Source of the DNA: a virus
Length of the DNA stretch: 64,000 nt
Direction: 5' to 3' (one strand)
Virus record (IMG/VR): IMGVR_UViG_3300010885_031189
Coordinates: 34,320 to 98,319 of that record
Below are positions 48,509 through 58,351 of the stretch, one piece after another. The notes under the pieces were generated by a model. The model did not search any database and was not told the DNA's origin. It saw only the letters and a list, made by a program, of their open reading frames with translations. Made by a program: the position numbers and the translations under genes. Positions within the stretch are counted from its first letter, which is position 1; every line of letters begins with the position of its first letter.

Positions 48509-50839
48509 ATGGCTATTCGTACAATTTATGAGAATGTTAAATCTGATTTTTATGCAGTAGAACGCAGTGGATACACAACTGTATCTGGGGCAGTATATGC
48601 TACAGTGACTGACCTACTTAATCATGGTTTCACTCTTTCTTCTGTGGTATATACTGATAGTAATGGTTTAATCACTACTGGTACATGGCCTATTAGCGAA
48701 ACTTTATATTCACTAGTTTCTCCAGGTGTCGGATACAAGGTAACTGATGTTTTAGAAATGGAAGGTGGCACATATCAAACTACACCATTAAGTCTCGTTG
48801 TTGATAGTGTTACTGCCACTGGTGGAATTGTTACATATCATATAACATCAACTGGTGATTATGATGCTCCTCCAGCTTCTCCAGTTTCAATGATATACCC
48901 AGCAGCGTCTACAACTTTTGTCGGCACTATTACTGCTGGCGCCGCTGTAGTTGCTGGTGGCAATAATGTATCTATCTTATCATCTATCACCCCTGCTGAT
49001 CCGATTCCTAGTGCCCCAGGCTCAACTGGACCTGCTGATAAACACCCCTACATAGGGACCAGCGAGATGGGTGACTGGCCCACTGCTACTTACCTAGCCA
49101 CTCGTCAACTTAATGTATTATGGGCTACTACCAGTTCAATAGATACATCTTTAGTTAAAGTAGGACAGGAAATATATGGGGACGGAATTCCAACAGGTAC
49201 CGTAATAACAGCTATACGGACTTTTAGTCGCATTACTGGTGTCAATGGGCCGCGTGAACCTCACATCGTATTGGACGGCCTGTCCTGGTATATTTGGAAA
49301 GATACTTCTGTGGTGGTAACTGCAATAATAGTAAGTAATCCTATAACAGTAGAGGCTGCTGCAGTACTTCATACACGCGGTACAGGTGCCACTTTTAACA
49401 ATACAGAAACAACTACTCCATCCAAATGGACTGCTATTGTTGAGGCAGGTGCAACGGTTGATCCAATGAATGATGATGTTGGTGTATATGCTAATGTAGC
49501 AACAACTACAATAGATTCCATATATGTTGAAGTTGAGGATTTAGTTGGTATTAAAATATATCCTGGACACCTAGTAGTTAGTACTTTGGAAATAGGTAGT
49601 ATTACCGGCATAACTACAGTAGTAGCAGTAACGGCTAATTCAATTACCAATATTTCAAATGTTACACTAAGTCTGTCACAGACATTAGGTATAGCAGGAG
49701 AACAGCTACATTTTATATTCCCAGAATTGCAACCTTGGAGATTAGCACTTGATGTGTATAGTGACCAACAAGTTGCAGTATACGCAGCAACACCATTGCA
49801 ATTAACCGATACTGGAAATATTGCTAGAGTTACAAATGAAAATGGAGAAATAGTAGATACTGCTGGTGCAATGGGATCACAACCCACAGGTAGCTTGTCT
49901 CCACCAATTCCTGCATCTGGTGTTATATCTGGAAAAGTTTATTCTATATCACGAATTAAAGACCCAGCTAGTGCAACTTCGCTAGCAACTTCATTTTCTT
50001 CGTTAGTAGAAACACTAGATGGTGCAATTAGTAGTGTGTCTGGAGATAAACCAGGACAGTTTTTTACTTGTATTACTCCTAAGCCAACTAGCATCACAGG
50101 GACCGGAGAAGTTTTAAAAATGGACGGTTCACCTTGGTCTGGTGATTCATCACAAGGCTTTGTAAATCGTACAATTAGAGTTGGTGCTTATCCACAAGCA
50201 TATCCATTGAATTACGCAGTTACTATAACAGATCATGGTTTATTCTTTGGCATGTGGGAAGGAACATGGTCTACATTACAACGAACTTTGAATGCCAAAA
50301 AAGACAATTACTTTAATTGGTTGGTGATACAACGCCCAGTAGATAGATTTACTGGTGAAACTCTAACTACTGGTAGAGCACCCGTATTCTGTATCAACAG
50401 CGTTGGATATAAATATTGGAAATTCATTGTCAGAGAAGCTGATATATTGCACCCAAGTCAGGGTGATCCTATGGTAAAAAGTAGTATTTATGATGCTGTA
50501 ACCAAAGCACCACTACTACAAACTACTTACTATAGAGTTCCAGCAGATCAGCATTCTGAAGATAGTTTTGCAGTACTCAACACATCTAATCAAATAGCAT
50601 TAACGGAAGATAGTAAATACTTAGTTGGATTTTTACATAATTTAACCACACCTAGATTCAGATATTCAGAAGAGATAGATATGATTGGACAAACCTCTGC
50701 TGATGTATGTATGTCTAGTAATGATATTTCATTAACAACATATAATGAATCTGGTCCTAGACTATATCGTGCTATGCCATCTAACAATAAGTATAACTCG
50801 GGTCTTAGAATTTGTATTCTTAAAGATACCGCAAATTAA
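48509..50839 (+). CDS. Virion structural protein, paralog A
   Basis: AAGGAG SD; late promoter at 48450-48457; C-terminal YPLNY...WLVIQRPVDR...KFIVRE...SGLRI shared with the next gene. Confidence 0.65.
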   Translation: MAIRTIYENVKSDFYAVERSGYTTVSGAVYATVTDLLNHGFTLSSVVYTDSNGLITTGTWPISETLYSLVSPGVGYKVTDVLEMEGGTYQTTPLSLVVDSVTATGGIVTYHITSTGDYDAPPASPVSMIYPAASTTFVGTITAGAAVVAGGNNVSILSSITPADPIPSAPGSTGPADKHPYIGTSEMGDWPTATYLATRQLNVLWATTSSIDTSLVKVGQEIYGDGIPTGTVITAIRTFSRITGVNGPREPHIVLDGLSWYIWKDTSVVVTAIIVSNPITVEAAAVLHTRGTGATFNNTETTTPSKWTAIVEAGATVDPMNDDVGVYANVATTTIDSIYVEVEDLVGIKIYPGHLVVSTLEIGSITGITTVVAVTANSITNISNVTLSLSQTLGIAGEQLHFIFPELQPWRLALDVYSDQQVAVYAATPLQLTDTGNIARVTNENGEIVDTAGAMGSQPTGSLSPPIPASGVISGKVYSISRIKDPASATSLATSFSSLVETLDGAISSVSGDKPGQFFTCITPKPTSITGTGEVLKMDGSPWSGDSSQGFVNRTIRVGAYPQAYPLNYAVTITDHGLFFGMWEGTWSTLQRTLNAKKDNYFNWLVIQRPVDRFTGETLTTGRAPVFCINSVGYKYWKFIVREADILHPSQGDPMVKSSIYDAVTKAPLLQTTYYRVPADQHSEDSFAVLNTSNQIALTEDSKYLVGFLHNLTTPRFRYSEEIDMIGQTSADVCMSSNDISLTTYNESGPRLYRAMPSNNKYNSGLRICILKDTAN

Positions 50840-50856
50840 TCAGGAGTTTTAATATA

Positions 50857-52149
50857 ATGGCTTGCTATTCAGTTCAAAAATATGGATTTACTACCATCTC
50901 AGAAATGATGATTGATATCGTTTCTGAGATGACAACAACATTAGGTTCTTTGGTATCTGCTACACACTTTGTTGAGGGTGTTACTTACACTATTGTTGAG
51001 GTGGGATCTGATCCTACAGATTTCACAAATGGTGCTGATCCTTTATATGCAGCAGATAATGTTACAGGTACTGTTTTTACTATGGGAGCAACCCCACTTA
51101 CTGGTAACGGAACAGCAACTATTCTTAAAGATGCACCATATTTTGCAGTTAAATTTGGTACACCTGGAATTACTGGAGTAGTTATTTTAGAAACAACTGA
51201 AGCAGTTGACCCAATGGCAAATGTAACTACCACCACAGGCGGTGCAAATTCTACTATAACTGGAGCATGGCGGTTGTGTTTCAACCAAATAAGTGAGGTT
51301 CAGTTAGCAGTTCACGCTGGTACAGCATTGCAGTTAGAGGATGATGGTACAGTAGCTTATTTAAATAATAGAGCCCTAACTTCACCAGCATTTAAAGAAC
51401 CTGCAGGAAATATTGGTGCTGATTGGACTGGCGCGGCAGGAATTCCATTAGCAACTGATGCAAATCAAATTTGGCTAAATCGCACACCTGACATTGGTTC
51501 AGAAAATGCATATCCGATGAGTTATGCTTTGACAATTACCAATCGTGGTGTATTCTTGGGTGTATGGCAAGATAGTCAGGAAGAAATTCCACAATCTACT
51601 CCTGGAATTCCTGAAGTAGTAACCGGCGCATATGGTCGTAGTCCATTTAGATGGTTCTTAATACAGCGTCCAGTTGATCGTATAACTGGTAATGTTCGTG
51701 GTGGAGTTTCAACTGCAGAAACAAGCAGATGCCCTGTGTATTGTGTATCAGGTACTGGTGTACCAACTGATTACAGAAAATTCGTTGTTAGAGAAGTGGA
51801 TGTAGTAAGTCCTAGTCAGAAAAAATATGCAGCAGTTCCATCAGAAGATACTACGGCATTACTAAATCCATTCCCACAACAGTCATTGACTGAGGGTGGA
51901 GAGTTCGTTGTTACATTCATCAATAATCTTACTACTTCTAGATACAAATATGCAGACGAGCTTGATATGCTAGGCACAGTTAGTGCTGAAGTAATCGGAG
52001 CTGGTACTAGCATTGATGTTACTGTATACGCTGAAGCAGAGACTCGTACTTATACAGCCATATATGCAAATCAGCAATTTGGTACTGGCATGAGACTAAT
52101 GTTATTGACTGCATGTTCAAAGGTAATTGAAGATAGTCATCTTGCATAA
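50857..52149 (+). CDS. Virion structural protein, paralog B
   Basis: YPMSY...WFLIQRPVDR...KFVVRE...TGMRL. Confidence 0.65.
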   Translation: MACYSVQKYGFTTISEMMIDIVSEMTTTLGSLVSATHFVEGVTYTIVEVGSDPTDFTNGADPLYAADNVTGTVFTMGATPLTGNGTATILKDAPYFAVKFGTPGITGVVILETTEAVDPMANVTTTTGGANSTITGAWRLCFNQISEVQLAVHAGTALQLEDDGTVAYLNNRALTSPAFKEPAGNIGADWTGAAGIPLATDANQIWLNRTPDIGSENAYPMSYALTITNRGVFLGVWQDSQEEIPQSTPGIPEVVTGAYGRSPFRWFLIQRPVDRITGNVRGGVSTAETSRCPVYCVSGTGVPTDYRKFVVREVDVVSPSQKKYAAVPSEDTTALLNPFPQQSLTEGGEFVVTFINNLTTSRYKYADELDMLGTVSAEVIGAGTSIDVTVYAEAETRTYTAIYANQQFGTGMRLMLLTACSKVIEDSHLA

Positions 52150-52158
52150 GACGGTGAA

Positions 52159-55100
52159 ATGTTCAGTAGCGTCTCGGCTTGTACTCCCAATAGTCAGGTC
52201 TATGTAACTTTCCTGTCATCAACGAATCAAATTCTTGACATTACATCTGCCGTTGATATTACTGTCAACGGCAGTTTAATTGAGACTAGACCAATAAGTC
52301 TACTCACTGGCGATTCGGTAATAGGGACAATAACTACGCCCGCAGGTTACTTAGCTCACGACCTTTATCCATATACACTCGATGATAAGCAAAATTGCTT
52401 TGCAATAGTAAATAAAAATAATTATAATCCTACTGTAACAGTAGATGCATCACGCAAAAAATGGTATAACTATATCCCTGCAAATTTCTTGATAAGCTTT
52501 TATCATTCTGGTATTATACAACAAGTATATCCAGGATTCGGGCAAGGTACAATTGATGTTAGTAAATTACATATAATATTGAGTCCAATAGATAACGCAG
52601 TATTCTTTTACTCATCTCAAAATGTATTAGTATGTAAAGCGATATTACCTGCAGGACCAATAGAATATCAAAAACTAATAACTACCTATCCCAATTCATC
52701 AATAATAGTTTATCATGCTATAATTTTATGCAACAATAAAAAATTATATAGAATTAGAATTGACAGTAATTTTCAGGATAGTCAAGAATTTACCCCTACT
52801 GTAATACCAATAAGTTCATTAGCTCCTCTTTATTTTGAACAGGACTTGCCTAACGGTACAACATTTATTAATGCTTCCAGAAGAAGATTCAATTCTAGCA
52901 TTTTTCCAGTAGTAACTACACTAGCAGTACATGGTACTAATATTTGGTTAGCTGGCGAAGGAACTTTGTTCTTATTAACCAAAGATTTTATATTAATTAA
53001 TAAATTTATAGTAGTAAATGAACAAATACTTGGTATGGCAAGTATCGGCAATGATGTTGTTATAACAACAAAAAATAATAATGCTTATTATGTTAGTAGT
53101 ACTGGTGTAGTTACTTTAATATACCAAGCAGCCGCTCTTGGTACTCCTGCTAGTTGTAACGGCATTGTTTATTTACCTGATTCAAATAACCAACAAATCT
53201 TAATGTTTACGGATGCTTCTGGAAATTACCAAACAATAGCTACTCCGGATTTTGTACCATCTTATGCTAGAGAATTTGAAGGTAAAATATGGGTTACTGG
53301 TCATGACTCAATTAAGGTATTGAGCATTGAAGGTAATCAAATAATTAATACAATATCATTTACTGATAAAGTTACATTAGTCTCAGTACTGCAAAATTCC
53401 ATAATTGCAACTCATTTCTTGAAGGATGTAGTTACACTAGATTTAACTGGTATTAAAAAAATTATACCATTTACATTAGATACATTAAGAGGACCAATTA
53501 GTCATATTGGAACTTCACCTAATGTAATAAAAATGTTAGGACAATCATCATTTATTCCAATATGCGGCCCCAATCTTACATATTGGGTTAATGGGGTAGC
53601 AGGTACTGCAGCTAATAACGGAGATTTCTTTGGTGTTAGTTATAAAGCAACTGCTAATGGAACATTCAGAACGGTATTCATATTAGGAGATATTGCATTT
53701 GATGTTGATGTAGTAGCTTCATCATCCTCATCTATATATGATTTTTTTGAAGCTACGGTAAGTGGAACTAATGCATTATCAGGCTCATTTACTCCAATAT
53801 ATACACCTAATATCGGAACAATTGATAATGGAATTACCTCTAATATTGGTATCGGGTTTAATTTGAATGTATATGGTAATACTTATTCTTCAGTCAGCAT
53901 AAGCACTGAAGGCTTTTGGGTTATGGGTAATACCGTATCATTGGAAATTCCAGGAATTACCACGGATGCTTTCTATATTGAATCCGATAATCTTTATCAA
54001 GGATTGCCCATCAATAATGTTGATCCATTGAATATTGGATTAGGAACTTTGAGTAATGGAGAAACTCCTGGTATATATTATAGCACTGGTACAGTCGATG
54101 ATTTTAATTATTTCCGTGCTCGATGGGTAGGAACATCCAGTAACTCCTACCCATTGGGCACTACAATAATTACAACAACTGATATCATAACTTCAAATAT
54201 TATTCCATTAATGTCTATTACTGGAATATCATCCGGAGACTATATTAGCGGTAATGGTATTGTCTTATCTTCACAAGTACAAAGTGTAGTTGTTAAGAAT
54301 GAAACCAGTATTGCATATTTCGGTAATACATCTGCTAATTATATATCAATTCAGAACCAGAGTTCTAATATTGTACAATATTCAACTGCAGTTTCTAGTG
54401 TTACTGGACAGGTCGCTTACGTTACTAGTACTGAATGGATAACTACTATCGGTAATATAATACTTGCTTCTAATAATGATACAATAACAGTTGATGGTAT
54501 TTCATCAATCCAAATGGACTCCGGATATAAATTGAGTGCAACATATTATGCTCCATATGATCCATTCCAACATATAACTGATATTTTAAGTATTGACTAC
54601 CATAGTATAACATTAACCGCGATAACTCATACCTCCCTAAGTGCTAATATTTATGTATCTGAATCTGATTTTAATTCAGTATATATATATCAATCTATAT
54701 TTGGTATTGATATATCCGGACCACACATCATTACTAATAAAATAACTTCAATATTACCAGACTTATCGGTAGAATATATTTTGCAATTGGATGCACCGCA
54801 TACATTGCATGACGGTGATGAGTTTTCAGTTGCAAGTACTATTTTTGGAATTGAACCAGGCAAAGGAGGAAATACTGGGTTACCAATCCTTTATATGAAT
54901 AATAAAGTAAACTTAACAAATCCTATTACCATATCTTCACCAACTGATACTATACATTTTTATGGTAATTTTGCAATAGTTGACAATATACAAACTATTT
55001 CATCAAATACGGATATATTATTCAAAGCTAATGTACCTGCACCAGCATATACATATGAAGTTGGTATATATGTAGGTGCAAAATATCAATATGTTGAATT

Positions 55101-55569
55101 TTATTATGATTCTGATACCCATTCAATAACTACTCCAGTTAAAATAATAGATAGCTCCACTAATTATGCAGTTGCAAATGCAGCACCCAATAGTAGTATT
55201 GTGTTTGGTAGTCTTACAACTGATGGTATATGGCAATATTTAGGAGTGGGAAGTTTTATTTCAGCATACCAAGGGTATATACCTAGAAATGTGCGGGCAT
55301 CTAGAATTCCAGCATATTTTGACACAGAAGCTAGATTTGAGTTAGTATTCGGACAATATATTCGTTCATTAAGTCCAGTATTAATTGCACTGAGCTATGG
55401 TTATTTGGAAGTCAATAATGGTAAATACAATGGCACATATACCCCCTCTGAGGATGATATTATTAATATAACAGTACCATTTAATAATTCATCTCGCCCA
55501 ATAGCTACTATACTAAGTATCGGCGATTTTCAAATTGCTATACCTGCAATACCAGAAAGGTTATTATAA
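52159..55569 (+). CDS. Large beta-rich virion appendage protein (possible beta-propeller N-half)
   Basis: 1136 aa, Ile/Ser/Thr-rich; repeated IWLAG/IVYLPD/IWVTG blade-like motifs. Confidence 0.5.
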   Translation: MFSSVSACTPNSQVYVTFLSSTNQILDITSAVDITVNGSLIETRPISLLTGDSVIGTITTPAGYLAHDLYPYTLDDKQNCFAIVNKNNYNPTVTVDASRKKWYNYIPANFLISFYHSGIIQQVYPGFGQGTIDVSKLHIILSPIDNAVFFYSSQNVLVCKAILPAGPIEYQKLITTYPNSSIIVYHAIILCNNKKLYRIRIDSNFQDSQEFTPTVIPISSLAPLYFEQDLPNGTTFINASRRRFNSSIFPVVTTLAVHGTNIWLAGEGTLFLLTKDFILINKFIVVNEQILGMASIGNDVVITTKNNNAYYVSSTGVVTLIYQAAALGTPASCNGIVYLPDSNNQQILMFTDASGNYQTIATPDFVPSYAREFEGKIWVTGHDSIKVLSIEGNQIINTISFTDKVTLVSVLQNSIIATHFLKDVVTLDLTGIKKIIPFTLDTLRGPISHIGTSPNVIKMLGQSSFIPICGPNLTYWVNGVAGTAANNGDFFGVSYKATANGTFRTVFILGDIAFDVDVVASSSSSIYDFFEATVSGTNALSGSFTPIYTPNIGTIDNGITSNIGIGFNLNVYGNTYSSVSISTEGFWVMGNTVSLEIPGITTDAFYIESDNLYQGLPINNVDPLNIGLGTLSNGETPGIYYSTGTVDDFNYFRARWVGTSSNSYPLGTTIITTTDIITSNIIPLMSITGISSGDYISGNGIVLSSQVQSVVVKNETSIAYFGNTSANYISIQNQSSNIVQYSTAVSSVTGQVAYVTSTEWITTIGNIILASNNDTITVDGISSIQMDSGYKLSATYYAPYDPFQHITDILSIDYHSITLTAITHTSLSANIYVSESDFNSVYIYQSIFGIDISGPHIITNKITSILPDLSVEYILQLDAPHTLHDGDEFSVASTIFGIEPGKGGNTGLPILYMNNKVNLTNPITISSPTDTIHFYGNFAIVDNIQTISSNTDILFKANVPAPAYTYEVGIYVGAKYQYVEFYYDSDTHSITTPVKIIDSSTNYAVANAAPNSSIVFGSLTTDGIWQYLGVGSFISAYQGYIPRNVRASRIPAYFDTEARFELVFGQYIRSLSPVLIALSYGYLEVNNGKYNGTYTPSEDDIINITVPFNNSSRPIATILSIGDFQIAIPAIPERLL

Positions 55570-58349
55570 TGGCTTTTTCTGACGAAATAGTAATTCTTAT
55601 TGAGGATGCACCATTAAATCAGTTAGTAAATGCTGCAGTGACGATTTCAGTACCGGGTGAGTATATTATACCTGACTATTATAAAATATCAACTGAAGGA
55701 ACTGGTATCGATATTACATTCACTAGGACTAGATCATCAGTCACTACGAATTTATCACCTGGATCATATTATAATTTTCTTGTTGGTGATATTATTACTA
55801 TATTAAATCAACGCACTAGTGCCCGTATATATGACACTAGAGAAGTTTTATTGGTAGGTCCAAAAGTTATTAGAATAATTGTAAGAACTGTATATAATCC
55901 AGTGTTTGATACTGTTAATTTTGGTAACTTGATACAACCCTGGACCAGGTATGAAAACTATGTAACATCAGCTAATATTTCTGGTGGTGTAGATGTTATT
56001 GAAGAACCTTCAGCTATAAGTTCAAATGTAACATTAAGTTCTCCAACTCTTATAATCGCAGATATCTATACAAATGTTATAGGAGTTAATATAAAAGTTA
56101 ATGGCATTTTAGGTAATAATTTGGTAACCAATGTACAATCAGGTGATATAGTAATATTAGAATGGGATGTGCAATCATATTTTGAAGATTCAGTTACTCT
56201 TTATCAAATTCAAGTAGATTCTATTTATTCTAGTAAGGTGTATATACCTATAGGTACTTGGGGCATTGAAAATAAAACTATTGAGCAGCCTAACATTAGT
56301 GTAAGTTCAAGTGTTTTGTATTCGTTGTCTGCATCTATGAATAGTTCAACTAATGATGAAATAAAGATACTGTTACAAGAACAATATTCTCCAAATGATA
56401 TTCAACTTACGAATAAAACAGTTGACCCATTATATGATATTAATCGTAATTCTGAAATACATTTGCCGCTACTCTCGTATTATGAACCAAATACTGAATC
56501 CATATCAAATACTTCATTAAATTCAGAATATATACCCAATGATTCAGCGAACTTAACACATTCTATAGATTCGGAATATATTCCAAATGATTCACCATAC
56601 TTGACAAATTCTATGGACTATGAATATATTCCAAATGATTCACCATACTTGACAAATTCTATGGACTATGAATATATTCCAAATGATTCTCCGTATTTGT
56701 CAAATTCTATGGAATATGAATACATTCCAAATGATTCTCCTTATTTGAAATCTATTATTGAGTATGAATATGCACCAAATGATTCTCCTTATTTGAAAAA
56801 TATTATTGAGTATGAATATACACCTAATGATTCATCATATATGAAATCTATTATTGATTACGAACATGCACCGGAGGATTCTTCTTATCTGAAAAATATT
56901 ATTGATTACGAATATACGGCAAATGATTCATCGTATATGAAATCTATTATTGATTACGAACATGCATCAAGCGACTATTCATATGTAAAATCCATCATTG
57001 ATTACGAACATGCATCAAGCGACTATTCATATGTAACCGATTCTTTTGTATCAGAAAAACCAACGGATACTTCATATGTAACCGATTCTTTTGTATCAGA
57101 AAAACCAACGGATACTTCATATGTAACCGATTCTTTTGTATCAGAAAAACCAACGGATACTTCATATGTAACCGATTCTTTTGTACCAGAAACACCATCG
57201 GATACTACATATGTTACCGATTCTTTTGTACCAGAAACACCATCGGATACTACATATGTTACCGATTCTTTTGTATCAGAAAAACCAACGGATACTTCAT
57301 ATGTAACCGATGGCATGTCTTCGCAATTGGATTCAAATACTTCATATGTAACCGATGGCATGTCTTCGCAATTGGATTCAAATACTTCATATGTAACCGA
57401 TGGCATGTCTTCACAATTGGATTCAAATACTTCATATGTAACCGATGGCATGTCTTCACAATTGGATTCAAATACTTCATATGTAACCGATGGTATGTCT
57501 TCACAATTGGATTCAAATACTATATTAGTAACAAGCAGTATGGATTCACAATTGGATTCAAATATCACATTAGCAACAATCGGTATGGATTCACAATTGG
57601 ATTCAAATACTACATTAGTGGAATATCAATTTACTCCGGGTACTGACATTGAGCCACTGTCACTAGCTGATTTATTACCTGAGTTAGATAAAGAGCCACT
57701 GTCACTAGCTGATTTATTACCTGAGTTAGATAAAGAGCTACTGTCACTAGCTGATTTATTACCTGAGTTAGATAAAGAACCACTGTCACTAGCTGATTTA
57801 TTACCTGAGTTAGATAAAGAACCACTGTCACTAGCTGATTTGTTACCTGAGTTAGATAAAGAACCACTGTCACTAGCTGATTTGTTACCTGAGTTAGATA
57901 AAGAACCACTGACATTGGTTGATTTGTTACCAATACCAGACATTGAACCAATGATATTAGTTGATTTATTGCCTGAGTTAGATAAAGAGCCAATGATATT
58001 AGTTGATTTATTGTATGAGTTAGATAAAGAACCAATATGGAGAACAGATTTATTAACAGAACGAGGAACATTCAACACCTATTTCAAAATATATGCGAAT
58101 AATGATCCAGATGGCAATACAGGATTACAACCATATGTTATATATGAAAAACAGTATACATATGCACCAGGAAGTTACAAAACATCGATGGAAGCTGAAG
58201 CGATGGCAGTTAAATATGTATCTGCAGCCGCAGCACAGATAGTAGGTACTGATTATTGGAATTACAGAATATTCTTTAATACCCGCATCTATGCTGTGCC
58301 GAGAAAAGGCCGAGTATTCCCAGTAACTTGGTATATTAGAGGAGGATAA
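55569..58349 (+). CDS. Acidic tandem-repeat protein
   Basis: 926 aa with about 500 aa of 16-, 15-, 15- and 14-aa repeats. Confidence 0.7.
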   Translation: MAFSDEIVILIEDAPLNQLVNAAVTISVPGEYIIPDYYKISTEGTGIDITFTRTRSSVTTNLSPGSYYNFLVGDIITILNQRTSARIYDTREVLLVGPKVIRIIVRTVYNPVFDTVNFGNLIQPWTRYENYVTSANISGGVDVIEEPSAISSNVTLSSPTLIIADIYTNVIGVNIKVNGILGNNLVTNVQSGDIVILEWDVQSYFEDSVTLYQIQVDSIYSSKVYIPIGTWGIENKTIEQPNISVSSSVLYSLSASMNSSTNDEIKILLQEQYSPNDIQLTNKTVDPLYDINRNSEIHLPLLSYYEPNTESISNTSLNSEYIPNDSANLTHSIDSEYIPNDSPYLTNSMDYEYIPNDSPYLTNSMDYEYIPNDSPYLSNSMEYEYIPNDSPYLKSIIEYEYAPNDSPYLKNIIEYEYTPNDSSYMKSIIDYEHAPEDSSYLKNIIDYEYTANDSSYMKSIIDYEHASSDYSYVKSIIDYEHASSDYSYVTDSFVSEKPTDTSYVTDSFVSEKPTDTSYVTDSFVSEKPTDTSYVTDSFVPETPSDTTYVTDSFVPETPSDTTYVTDSFVSEKPTDTSYVTDGMSSQLDSNTSYVTDGMSSQLDSNTSYVTDGMSSQLDSNTSYVTDGMSSQLDSNTSYVTDGMSSQLDSNTILVTSSMDSQLDSNITLATIGMDSQLDSNTTLVEYQFTPGTDIEPLSLADLLPELDKEPLSLADLLPELDKELLSLADLLPELDKEPLSLADLLPELDKEPLSLADLLPELDKEPLSLADLLPELDKEPLTLVDLLPIPDIEPMILVDLLPELDKEPMILVDLLYELDKEPIWRTDLLTERGTFNTYFKIYANNDPDGNTGLQPYVIYEKQYTYAPGSYKTSMEAEAMAVKYVSAAAAQIVGTDYWNYRIFFNTRIYAVPRKGRVFPVTWYIRGG
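56520..58040 (+). repeat. Four consecutive coding tandem arrays (48, 45, 45 and 42 bp units)
   Basis: DYEYIPNDSPYLTNSM-type about 11 copies; VSEKPTDTSYVTDSF 6 copies; MSSQLDSNTSYVTDG about 7; EPLSLADLLPELDK about 9. Confidence 0.9.
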
Positions 58350-58351
58350 TT

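Noticed and set aside
56520-58078. Tandem arrays as a CRISPR array or DGR, and their antisense ORFs
   Set aside because: Units abut without unique spacers, are multiples of 3 and lie in frame. There is no cas or reverse-transcriptase gene and no adenine-specific TR/VR pattern.
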